From Squalus acanthias (taxonomy: Eukaryota): a DNA stretch of 64,000 nucleotides. Positions 23,820 to 35,162 of the stretch are shown piece by piece (the stretch's first letter is position 1; every line of letters starts with the position of its first letter). Under the pieces are notes generated by a model that was not told the DNA's origin, searched no databases, and saw nothing but the letters and a program-made list of their open reading frames with translations. The translations under genes and the position numbers were made by a program. The DNA lies in the NCBI GenBank assembly GCA_030390025.1, contig CM059438.1, forward strand, positions 62,994,001-63,058,000, in the 5' to 3' direction.

Positions 23820-26514
23820 GGCCGGGATCTTACCTGAGGAGGCGCGTTGGGAGCAGGACTGTTGGTTTCCAGGTTCTAGTCCCGCCCCCAGCGATGTCTG
23901 ACGACCTGACGCTATTTTCCCTTGACTGGCCTTGTTAAGCCCGCCCTCTGGGCTTGCCGGCCAATTAAGGGAAAGCCGGTGTCAGATGACGTCAGTGCAT
24001 GACGCTTCATCTGCCGGTTTTGTTCAAGGGACAGGCACCAGAATTTTTTGACAGATGAATTGTCAGTGTTTGACAGCATTGAGGTGCTGTCAAACACTGA
24101 CAATCACTGTCCAAAGGTGAACCCTTGTACCCAGGCTCACCAATGACTCTCTCCTTTAGGAGAAAACAGATGGCAGCTGCATTTGAGATTGCAGAAGCCA
24201 TCTGTCAATTCTGCCAATCAGATGAGGCTTCACAGAAACATCAAATCTTGTCACCTGCAGATACATATAAACAGAATAAAAATATTTCTCACTACATTCT
24301 CTCACCTGTCATAAGAACATAAGAACATAAGAAATAGGAGCAGGAGTAGGCCAATCGGCCCCTCGAGCCTGCTCCGCCATTCAATAAGATCATGGCTGAT
24401 CTGATCCTAACCGCCAATCTACTATCTATCACAGAACCATCTCCTGCATCTAACAGAATTGCACACACAAAATAGGAGCAGAATCAGGCTACACAGTCCC
24501 TGGGCCCGCTCCACTACCCACAGGGCCATGACCGATCCGAACCTAGACTCATGTCCAAATTCCTGCCCGCTCCCCGTAACCCTTAATGCCCTTTACTTCT
24601 AGGAAACTGTCTATTTCTGTTTTAAATTTAATTAATGTTGTAGCTTCTACAGCTTTTTGTGGCAGCATATTCCACGGACCTACCACCCTCTGAGTGAAGT
24701 AGTTCCTCCTCATCTCAGTTTTGAAAGAGCAGCCCCTTATTCTAAGACTATGTCCCCTAGTTCTCGTCTCACCCGTCATCGGGAACATCCTCCCCGCATC
24801 CACCCGATCCAACCCCTTCACAATCTTATATGTTTCAATAAGATCGCCTCTCATTCTTCTGAACTCCAATGAGTAGAGTCCCAATCTACCCAACCTCTCC
24901 TCATATGACCACCCCCTCATCCCCGGGATTAACCGAGTGAACCTTTTTTGCACTGCCTCGAGAGCAAGGATGTCTTTCCTTAAGTAAGGACACCAAAACT
25001 GTATGCAGTATTCCAGGTGCGGTCTCACCAATACCTTGTACAACTGAAGCAATACCTCCCTATTTTTATATTCTATCCCCCTAGCAATGAAAGCCAACAT
25101 TCCATTTGCCTTCTTAATCACTTGCTGCACCTGCATACTAACCTTTTGAGTTTCGTGCACCAGGACCCCCAGATCCCTTTGCACTTCAGTACTCTCCAGT
25201 TTCTTGCCATTAAGATAATAAATTGCTCTAGGATTTTTCCTGCCAAAGTGCATCACCTCACACTTTCCAGTGTTGTATTCCATCTGCCAAATCTCTGCCC
25301 ACTTACTTAGCCTGTCTATGTCCCCTTGCAGGTTTTTTATGTCCTCCTCACTCACTACTTTCCCTCCCATCTTAGTATCATCTGCAAATTTTGATATGTT
25401 ACACTTGGTCCCTTCCTCCAAATCGTTAATATAGATTGTAAAGAGTTGGGGACCCAGCACTGACCCCTGTGGAACACCACTAGTTACTGATTGCCAGTCT
25501 GAGAATGAACCATTTATCCCAACTCTTTGCTTTCTGTTAGATAGCCAATCCTCTATCCATGCCAGAATATTACCCCCAATCCCGTGATTTTTTACCTTAA
25601 GCAATAATCTTTTGTGTGGCACCTTGTCAAATGCCTTTTGGAAGTCTAAATACACTACGTCCACTGGTTCCCCTTTATCCACTCTATATGTTACTTCCTC
25701 AAAGAACTCCAGCAAATTTGTCAAACATGACTTCCCCTTCGTAAAACCATGCTGACTTTGTCCTATTAAATTATGATTATCCAAATGTCCTGTTACTGTT
25801 TCCTTAATAATGGACTCCAAAATTTTACCTACCACAGATGTTAGGCTAACCGGTCTATAGTTACCAGCCTTCTGTCTACTGCCCTTTTTAAATAAGGGTG
25901 TTACATTAGCAGTTTTCCAGTCTGCCGGGACCTTAGCGGAATCCAGGGAGTTTTGAAAAATTATTACCAATGCATCTACAATCCCTACCGCCACTTCCTT
26001 CAAGACTCTAGGATGTAAGCCATCAGGTCCAGGTGATTTATCCGCCTTGAGTCCCATTATTTTACCGAGTACCACTTCCTTAGTGATTTTGATCGTGTTT
26101 AGCTCCTCTCCCCCTATAGCCCCCTGTTTGTCCAGTGTTGGGATATTCTTAGTGTCTTCTACTGTAAAGACTGTCATACTTACCTGTGCACCATTGCACC
26201 CATCACACTACCTCTGCAGCTGTCATTTGCACACTTACACTGCAGCAGACCCACAGCTCACCTCGCTGACACTGGCGGGGTTTCCCACCATCGGGCAGCC
26301 CACATCAGCATGCTGAAAATGGGGAAAAGCCTCTTAACTGCCTGTTAACTACCTGTTAACAGGCAGTTAATTGGCTCTAATCCCCTTCCCGGGGACCCGC
26401 CTCCTGGGAAGATGGTTCGGAGGTGGGTTGGGAGCGGGGTTGGGACCCGCTCCCAATTTTTCCAGCTGTCCCGCCTCCAAACCCACACCTCAGGGCTGGT
26501 TAAAAATCCAGCCC
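23820..26514. mobile_element. PIF/Harbinger-type MITE split by a CR1 insertion
   Basis: Same internal motifs as 15632-17281. Left end GGCCGGGATCTT follows TTA, right end AAAATCCAGCCC. TSD not conserved. Confidence 0.75.
24314..26170 (-). mobile_element. Young 5'-truncated CR1 LINE with an open RT frame (542 aa, 24549-26177)
   Basis: KSPGPDG, NYRPVSLTS, LDFQKAFDKV, GVPQGSVLGP and KFADD motifs, (CTTATGTT)n tail, and TSD CTGTCATA at 24306-24313 and 26171-26178. Confidence 0.95.
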
Positions 26515-26599
26515 ATCGTTTAGCAGGATTTGTGGGTTGGGAAGTGGGTCAGTGGTGTGAACACACAAACTGCACATTTCTGAGATTGGCCTTGGGTGT

Positions 26600-27115
26600 A
26601 CAACTTCAAACCCTCAGCAATGCCTTTCTTACCTCCAGGTTCGACTATTCCACTGCTCTTCTGGCCGGCCTCCCATCCTCCGGCCTCCGTAAACTTCAGT
26701 TCATCCAAAGCTCTGCTGTCTATATCCTATCCCACATCAAAATTGGTTGTTGGTTCCCCAAATCCCCCCATTCTTATCCTAGAGTTTAAATCCCTTCATG
26801 GTCTCACCTCTCCCTGTGTCTAACCTTCTCTCGCCCTATAATCCCTCCCCCGATGTTCCTGTGACTATGGCCTCTTGTGCATTACCCTCCCTTCAGGCCG
26901 CACTTGGCAACTGTGCCTCAGCCACCTAGGCCCCATGCTCTGGAATTCCCTCCTTAAACACGCCTGTCTCTCCACCTCCCTCTCTTTCTTTAAGACCCTC
27001 CTTGACCAAGCTTTTGGTTCCCCCTCCGAATATTTCCTCCTTTGGCTTTGTGTTCATATTTCTGATGATGTCTCCGTAAATCACCTTGGAACTACATAAA
27101 TACAAGTTGTTGTTG
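26600..27115 (+). mobile_element. L2 3' fragment
   Basis: AFLTSRFDYSTALLAGLP and LWNSL motifs with a gttgttgttg tail. Confidence 0.8.
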
Positions 27116-27134
27116 AATATCTTTATAAAAATCA

Positions 27135-27512
27135 TCTTCTTCTTCTTAGGCAGTCCCTCGGAACCGAGGATGACTTACTTCCACATTAAAAATGAGTTCT
27201 CAGGTGACTGATGAGTCCAATGTGGGACCTACAGTCTCTGTCACAGGTGGGGTAGGCGGTGGTTGAAGGGGCAGGTGGGTGGGGTGCTTGGGTTGACGTG
27301 CGCTCCTTGCGCTGCTTGCGCTTGGCTTCTGCTTGCTCCCGGCAAAGAGACTCAAGGTGTTCGGCGCCTTCCTGGATGCTTCTCCTCCACTTTGTGCGGT
27401 CTTGGGCCAGGGATTCCCAGGTGTCAGTGGGGATGTTGCACTTTTTCAAGGAGGCTTTGAGGGTGTCCTTGAAGCATTTCCTCTGCCCACCTGGGGCTCT
27501 CTTGTCGTGTCG
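27135..27512 (-). mobile_element. RTE LINE 3' fragment
   Basis: GGQRKCFKDTLKASLKKC...CDRDCRSHIGLISHLRTH with an (AAG)n tail. Confidence 0.88.
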
Positions 27513-28312
27513 GAAAACTGAAAACTTGATCAGTGCAGGGTGTACAGGGGTAACTTTGCGAATAAACAACTTGTGGTTTTCCTGAAGAATAATTTATAAA
27601 TGCACACGAGTATAAACAACAATCTAATTGAAGGGTTCGGGTGATTTATTCAATGAGTAATGGATTTGTGGGAGTGATTGCAAAGCAGTAATCAGTGAAT
27701 GGTCTCGGATCAAGATATAGTTTACAACTTGTCCATCAAATGCAGAGATGAGATCACTGTTTTGTAATCACTTCATTACTGTTTTTAATATACTGTAAAT
27801 ATTATGGGGTGTGTGCTCAGACTTAGATTGATGCTGACAGCCAGTGTGCTTCATTTCACTCATGATGATCGCAATGAAGGATTAGTGATTTTAATGTCAT
27901 TGCAACAAATTTATCCAACGATAATTTGCAGTTGATTCGCAGAAAGTTCGAAGCTCATTAGATAATATAAATGAACTGTTTCACATGAGTGCACTTGTCT
28001 GTTGGAGGGCAGCAAGACTCCAGTTATTAATAATAATTTGATCTGTTTCTATCCCAATGGCAAGAAAAATCTTGTATTGTACCAACTAGTGGGTCCAATT
28101 TTGCTCGATCCAGCAGCACAAACTCCGATTTGTGTTTTTAACAGAAAATGTAAGCAAAACTCCAGTAGATTGTGCTGGCACAACCAATTAGCACTGCATT
28201 AAAGGGTACGGTTTGGAGCTATTAACAGCTTTAAGTACCAAGGCTGAAATTTTTATCCCCATGGCCACTTATTTTCTCCCCATTTTACTTCGCTTCCCAA
28301 TACCGCTCCTAC

Positions 28313-29138
28313 ACGACAAGGCCTTGGACAACGTGGACCACTTTCCATACCTCGGGAGCCTACTGTCAACAAGGGCAGACGTCGACGACGAAGTCCAACA
28401 TCGCCTTCAGTGTGCGAGTGCAGCCTTCGGTCGCCTGAGGAAGAGTGTGTTTGAAGACCAGGACCTCAAACCCGGCACCAACCTCATGGTCTACAGAGCA
28501 GCAGTGATACCCGCCCTGCTGTATGCCTCCGAGACATGGACCATGTACAGCAGGCACCTCAAAGCACTGGAGAGGTACCACCAACGCTGCCTCCGCAAGA
28601 TCCTGCAAATCCATTGGCAGGATAGGCGCACCAACGTCAGTGTTCTTGCTCAGGCCAACATCCCCAGCATCGAAGTTTTGACCACGCTCGATCAGCTCCG
28701 ATAGATGGGTCACATCGTTCGCATGCCTGATACGAGACTCCCAAAACAAGCGCACTACTCGGAGCTCCGGCACGGCAAGAGAGCCCCAGGTGGGCAGAGG
28801 AAACGCTTCAAGGACACCCTCAAAGCCTCCTTGGAAAAAGTGTAACATCCCCACCGACACCTGGGAATCCCTGGCCCAAGACCGCACAAAGTGGAGGAGA
28901 AGCATCCGGGAAGGCGGCGAACACCTCGAGTCTCTTCGCCGGCAGCAAGCAGAAGCCAAGCATAGGCAGCGCAAGGAGCGCACGTCAACCCAAGCACCCC
29001 ACCCACCCGCCCCTTCAACCACCGTCTGCCCCACCTGTGATAGAGACTGTAGGTCCCGCATTGGACTCATCAGTCACCTGCGAACTCATTTTTAATGTGG
29101 AAGCAAGTCATCCTCGGTTCCGAGGGACTGCCTAAGAG
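28313..29138 (+). mobile_element. RTE LINE 3' fragment
   Basis: VDHFPYLGSLLS...LLYASETW and CPTCDRDCRSRIGLISHLRTH motifs. Closely similar to 13089-13866. Confidence 0.9.
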
Positions 29139-30400
29139 AGAGTAATGTGAGAAAACAGGAAGGAGACCTGCACCAGGCCTCTCAATGCTGCTCTGTGATC
29201 AAGTACTCAAATACATGAGACTGGCTTGGAGTATCTGGCTGGTTGACTGGTTATCCCTTTCTTTCCCTTCCCTCGCCCAGTGGGTGGAAGCAGTTGGCCT
29301 TTCACAAGTGACTCAACCGAGATTGGGAGCTACATTGGGAATCACAAGCGGAAATCCCGTTTCTCCCGCTCCTGTAGAATGGGTATTTGGCTGATATCAT
29401 TTACACCAGAATTCAGGTGGCACAGGCGCGATGCTGAGACACAAGTCTTAGTATTAAATTTAACTGGACAAGATGTTTGTTTAAATACTTGATGTAGCCC
29501 ACAGTAGACACTGCTCCTAAACCACTCTATAAAATGGTGGGTGAGGCAGAACACTGCAAGCTCCCTCAATAAAAAAATATATATATATATTGTGAATCCA
29601 CCAGACAAGTGCATTAAATCACAAGAGCTCAGGGCACAGGATGGTTGCTTTGTACTCGACGCGTATCTGACTTCATTTATTATTCATAGAACCGAGGACA
29701 TAATGGATTAGCATTGTGAAAACCTATTAAAGTTACCTTCGCCTGTGCCTTCTCACGGTAATTAATCTTGTCACACAGCTAGTTAATTGTGTTGTTTTTC
29801 AGGTATTCCGCCTTTGCTTTGGATCATATCCTTCCGCTGTGGACAGTAGACTGGACAATGAAAGTTGGGATGCATTCAGCGCTGGAGAGAAACTTCTGCA
29901 GTTAGAGGTAAGAGGGTCTTCAGTTGTCATTGTAGGGGCACAACTGTGGGAGCAAGAAAAGACTTTCCTCCCTCCTTTTGAAGTTGCAGATATCACATAC
30001 AGTAAAAGATATTAGACAGCAATCTGTAGGAGCCACTGATTCTTTAGGAAGTGCATACTGCTCAGTGTGGTCATCCCAATTTCCCTCATGTTCCTGCGCC
30101 ATTTTGTGGGAAGCAGTCGGTAACGGGACAGTCGCGAATGGTGCTGGGAATAATGAGTTGTACCTAGCATTTGGTATGAGCACTGTAATCTGGGGGTGGG
30201 GGGGATAGTGGACGAGAGGTTGGAGGAATATGTCACTCATAGGACAACCAAACCAGTGCATGTGCAGTTAATGGCTGGGATGCCCATTGTTGGGTATCAT
30301 TAGCTTGCAATCCTAAAAAAAAAATTGTGAACAAACTCGACCCACCTGGTTTAGTTGAATCGAGTAATGTGGCAGGAAGCTCCCTTCTCAATTGTTGTCA

Positions 30401-31006
30401 TAATAAGAACATAAGACATAGGAGCAGGAGGAGGTCATTTGGCCCCTCGAGCCTGCTCCGCCATTCAATAAGATCATGGCTGATCTGATCTTGGCCTCAA
30501 CTCCACTTCCCTGCCCGCTCCCCATAACCCTTGATTCCCTTACCTTTCAAAAATCTGTCTATCTCCACCTTATATATATTCAATGACCCAGCCTCCACAG
30601 CTCTCTGGAAGAGAATTCCAAAGATTCCCGACCCTCTGAGAGAAGAAATTCCTCCTCATTTCCGATTTAAAAGGGTGCCCCCTTATTCTGAAACTATGCC
30701 CCCTAGTTATAGATTCCTCCACGAGGGGAAACATCCTCTCTGCATCTACCCTGTCAAGCCCCTTCAGAATCTTGTATGTTTCAATAAGATCCCCTCTCAT
30801 TCTTCTAAACTCCAATGAGTATAGGCCCAACCTGCTCAACCTTTCTTCATAAGACAACCCCTTCATCTCCGGAATCAACCTCGTGAACCTTCCATGAACT
30901 GCCTCCAATGTAAGTATATCCTTCCTTAAATAAGGAGACCAAAACTGTACGCAGTTTTCCAGGTGTGGTCTCACCAACGCCCTGTACAGTTGTAGCAGGA
31001 CTTCCC
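30401..31006 (-). mobile_element. CR1 3' fragment
   Basis: LYRALVRPHLENCVQFWSP motifs, TSD TTGTCA (30395-30400, 31007-31012). Confidence 0.9.
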
Positions 31007-31104
31007 TTGTCAACCAAAATCAGTGCACCACCAAATTACTTTGACGTCTTTCTCCTTGGTGTGCGGTAATACAAGTGCAAAATGACAGCAAGGCTGAGAA
31101 GATT

Positions 31105-31480
31105 ACAGGATTATATGATAGAGGTGTTTAAAATTATGAAGGGGTAGGATGGAGTTGATAGAAGCAGATTGTTTCCAATGATTAAGCACATTAGAATGAT
31201 GGGTCTCGGATATTAGGTTAAATGTAAGAGATTTAGGACAGAGAGCAGGAGAAACGATTTTTACGCAGAGGATTATGAGGCTGTGGATTGCACTCTGTGA
31301 ACTGGTGATTGAAGCAGAAACATGTCAACATTTAAGAATAGGTTAGATAGGTGGTTGAAGGAATGAGGGAAGATGCGATATGGGAACAGGCTGGGCATAT
31401 GGGAACAGAAAAACTGCTCTAAAAGAGAATAAACAGCATTACTGGTTGGGTTGAATGGCCTGTTTCCATGATGTAAAGCA
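31105..31480 (+). mobile_element. Old CR1 3' remnant
   Basis: Degenerate IEVFKIMKG...FFTQR...LW segment and 3' stem region. Confidence 0.6.
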
Positions 31481-31554
31481 CCTTGGGATTGTGTTCTATG
31501 TCAAAGGCAAGTCGTTGTAATAAAGACTCCAGATTGAATGCTGAAAACGGAGCT

Positions 31555-31915
31555 CCCCTGCTTCCTCAGTGGGTAAATTCAGATGTAGTGTGGTACTGAG
31601 CCAGACAGACCAGGAAGCTGTCGGGGTCAATCTCCAATCTGTGCTAAGTTAGCCAATCTTGGGGTACTACAGTTGTCCTTCGTGCTTCAGGAGCAGGAAG
31701 GAGAAACATCAACAAAGGTTCCTGTTCCTAACTGCTGTCCGATGACTCCTGTTGGGAATTACGTATCTGAAAAGGATGAGCTGTCAGGATCAGACTGGGC
31801 TGTGTGGTCTACCACAATTGAATAGCTCTAGGTAGGCTCACAAATGAGATGCTATAAGACTACTGGCATCGGTGGAACTGCTTCAGGACACGAGTATGTG
31901 CCCTCCGAACACAGA
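31555..31915 (+). mobile_element. LF-SINE-like element
   Basis: gtgtggtactgagccagacagaccaggaag...tctgtgctaagttagc...ggttcctgttcct...caggatcagactgggctgtg matches the recalled LF-SINE consensus. Confidence 0.7.
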
Positions 31916-31954
31916 GAGAGAACTTGCACTTATATAGCGCCTTTCACCACCCAT

Positions 31955-32272
31955 TCCATCTTTTGGATGAGACGTTAAACCGAGGCCTTGTCTTCCCTCT
32001 CAGGTGGACGTAAAAGATCCCATGCCACTATTTTGAAGAAGAGCGCGGGAGTTCTCCCCGGCGTCCCGGCCAATATTTATCCCTCAACCGTCGCTAAGGC
32101 AGATTGTCTGGTCGTAATCTCATTGCTGTTTGTGGGAGCTTGCTGTGCGCAAATTGTCTGCTGCGTGTCCCACATTACAACAGTGACTACACTACAAAAA
32201 TACTTAATTGGTTGTAAAGCGATTTGGGACGTCCTGAGTTCGTGAAAGGCTCTATATAAATGCAAGTCTTTG
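31955..32272 (+). mobile_element. 5'-truncated Deu-domain SINE
   Basis: ggatgagacgttaaaccgagg...aaagatcccatg core plus tail. Confidence 0.85.
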
Positions 32273-32346
32273 TTTGCTGTCCAAGTTGTTTACAGCCAAT
32301 TAGTACATTTGAAGTTGTAATGTAGGGATTACAGTGATGAAACCAA

Positions 32347-33190
32347 GGGGGTTATTTTGCCAATGGGGACGTGATGGAGGCGGGACTGCTGCTTGTCGAG
32401 TTTTAGTCCCGCCTCCATCGACGTCCGGCCAACCCACGCTATTTTCCCTTGATTGACCTTTTTAAGCCCACCCTGCGGGTTTAGCCGGCCAATTAAGGGA
32501 AAGCTGGTGACACACAATGTCAGTGTATGACGTTTCATCTGTCAAATTTTTGACAGATGAATTGTCATCGTTTGACAGCTCTGTGAAGCCGTCAAACACT
32601 GACATTCTCTGTCGTTTGGTGAGTCCTTGTACTCAAGACTCACCAAACCTATTTCCTGAGCAGAAATCAGATGGCTGTTGCATCGGAGAATGCAGCAGCC
32701 ATTCTGTCATCTCTGCCGTGGAGATGCCAGAGCCTCTGGATCCCCAACGATTGAAGCCTGCAGGAAGAAACAAAGGTAAGGAAGCTTTTTCTGAGACTTT
32801 TCACTCACCTCACATACTTACCTCTCCACACTTGCACCCATCACTCACCTCCACAGTGCACTTTTCGAACTCTCTGACCCCCGCAGACCCACTGCTCGCC
32901 TCGCTGACCCTGGCGGGGTTTCCTGACATCGGGAAGCCCGCACTTGTGTTGGATAAATGGGGGTAATCCTCTTAACTGCCTGTTAACTATCTGTTAACAG
33001 GCAATTAAGTGGCTGTAATCCCCTTCCCGCCCCGAGGAGACGGGACCCGGTGCGGGTCGGGTACCCGCCTCCTGGGAAGATGGCACGGAGGCAGGTTGGG
33101 GGGCGTTTCGGTACCCGCTCCCAGTTTCTGCCATTTTCCCGGCAGTCCCGCCTCCATACCCGCCTCCCCAGGGCTGGCAAAATCGCCCCC
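32347..33190. mobile_element. Uninterrupted PIF/Harbinger-type MITE
   Basis: TIRs GGGGGTTATTTTGCCA / TGGCAAAATCGCCCCC with CAA TSD at 32344-32346 and 33191-33193. Confidence 0.9.
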
Positions 33191-33420
33191 CAAATGTCTT
33201 GATGCTAGGTGCAACTTGTTATTCATTAAGGATGGAATGTTTGTGGGTGAGGGGGTTGGCGGGGGGGGTGGGGGGGGGGCGGTTGTGGTGGGAAGCCTGT
33301 CAATTTTGAAGCTCAGCCTCTGGTACTTACAGTAAACATCAGCCTCTTGTTATATGACGTGATTTACGGTAGAAGGAACTACCCAGGATGTACAGTGGTG
33401 AAAGATCAGTGAGTGGTTAT

Positions 33421-34100
33421 GGGCCAGAATTTGCTGTGGCCGGGCATTTAACAGTGTCTGCCGTTAGTTAGACTTGCCCCTGCACCCTTCAGCTCAAATA
33501 AAAATGTTGCCCACCAAGTTGCTGAACGTGCGAGTTGATAAAGTCTCAGCGAAGGACTGAGAAGGAAGTGTAAATTAGAGTGGGTGAGTTCAATGTCAAA
33601 TCAGGTACAGAAAGAGAAATAAAGAGAGGGAAAGAAAGATGGGATTAAGAGAGAGAGATAAAGGAAAAGTTAAAAAATAAATTAAAATTAAAAATTACAT
33701 ATTTTTAAAATCGCCCCCCAAAATTCAATACCTGAAGGAATGAGACTCCACACTTGTAGTAATGAATTTTCTGTGCTTTTGAGGTTGATTGGCAGTCATT
33801 AACATTTCTCGTGTCGTTAAACAGGTACTTATGCTTGTAGTAACAAGACTTAACTTTCTGTGGCGAGTTTAATGGACAATTAATGAGCAAATGCAGGAAG
33901 TTCCTAAAATAAAAACGGGGGCGGGGGGGAAGCTAAGGGCGAGGTGCCGTTTTCGCAAAGCTAATGGTGGAGCGGCACAACTCGGACAGCGACATTTAAC
34001 CATGCGTCTGCCCCTCGCCTGCAGTTGCTGTACCATTTACCCATAAATAACAGCCAGTGCCATTAGCCTTGCCGTGATTTTTGCCAGCATATCTTGGCCC
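33421..34100. mobile_element. PIF/Harbinger-type MITE
   Basis: Ends GGGCCAGAATTTGCTG / CAGCATATCTTGGCCC. Reverse-oriented relative of 7442-8175. Confidence 0.62.
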
Positions 34101-35162
34101 CTTCCACGGTCTAGGACTATTTTTGCCGGCTGTTAGTTTGCCAACTATAAATTGACGCTGCTAATAAAGTACGATACATGTTTCTGCAAATGGTACTGAA
34201 TTATTCACCATTTTGAAGAATGGTCTTTTGTCTTCCCTAGAAGAATGACGTACACACAATTATTGACAACATGGGAGATTTTTCTTATATTTAATGGAAA
34301 TTTGCTGTGATCTTTGAAGCTGGGGTGTGAAACTCCTTGTAAATAAAACATTTCCACGTTCCCTGCTGCTGAGTAATTCAGTAGCTATTCATAATAATTT
34401 GAGTCTTGCTGCAAGTATTTGATTTTCTATTAATACATTTGAATGAAAGTCCTGCAACACAAGGCTGCACAGATGAATTTAACTTTCTGAACATATCTGC
34501 ACGGTGTAGTCGGTATGTACGTATCACGGACGGTGCTGGAGAGTGCTACGTTTTTCCGCCGTTTGCACTGCAAGTGCTTGTATCAAACACGAAGTAGCAT
34601 TTACCGTTCAGAGCTGCTGCCAGTGCTGCAGGTGAAGGAATCGTCGCGACTGCCTCCGGAGACGTCGATACCCAACCTGATGAAATGGCCTTTTCTGGTC
34701 CTTTCATCGACAATGACGACAACAGCTTGTATTTGCACAGCACCTTTAATGTAGTAAAACGTCCCCGAGGCACTTCACAGGAGCGCAATCAGATAAAAAT
34801 TGACCGAGCAAAAGGAAGAGACATCAGGACAGGTGGCCAAAAGCTTGGTCAAACAGGTAGGGGTTAATGAGCATCTTAAAGGAGGAGAGAGGTGTTTGGG
34901 AAGGGTATTGCTGAGCTTGGGTCCCAGACGGCTGAAGGCACAACCGCCAATGGTGGGGATACACAAAAGGTCAGAGTTGGAGGAACGCAGAATTCTCGGA
35001 GGGTTGTAGGCAATGTTCCCGTTAATATTTTTGGGTGCGCGGCCCCTTTAAGGGGCTGTGCGGCCCAGTCAGAATACCGCGCAAGCACGGATTTTACCAT
35101 TGAAAAGCCGGTGAGCCGGCTGCGCGGGAGGGCCAGAGAGCCGAGTGGCCGCTTAAAGGGAC

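Noticed and set aside
24549..26177. 542-aa ORF as a domesticated RT gene
   Set aside because: It is a TSD-bounded truncated CR1. The ATG comes from the target duplication.
32517..32966. 149-aa ORF inside the MITE as a transposase remnant
   Set aside because: It has no DDE or Myb motifs, and the ORF track shows no equivalent ORF in sister copies.
34600..34700. GIVATASGDVDT resembling TPP2 exon 2, and EAVGNGTVANGAGNN at 30100-30155 resembling a later TPP2 exon
   Set aside because: The matches are short, on the opposite strand to the exon-1 copy, and not colinear. Probably chance.
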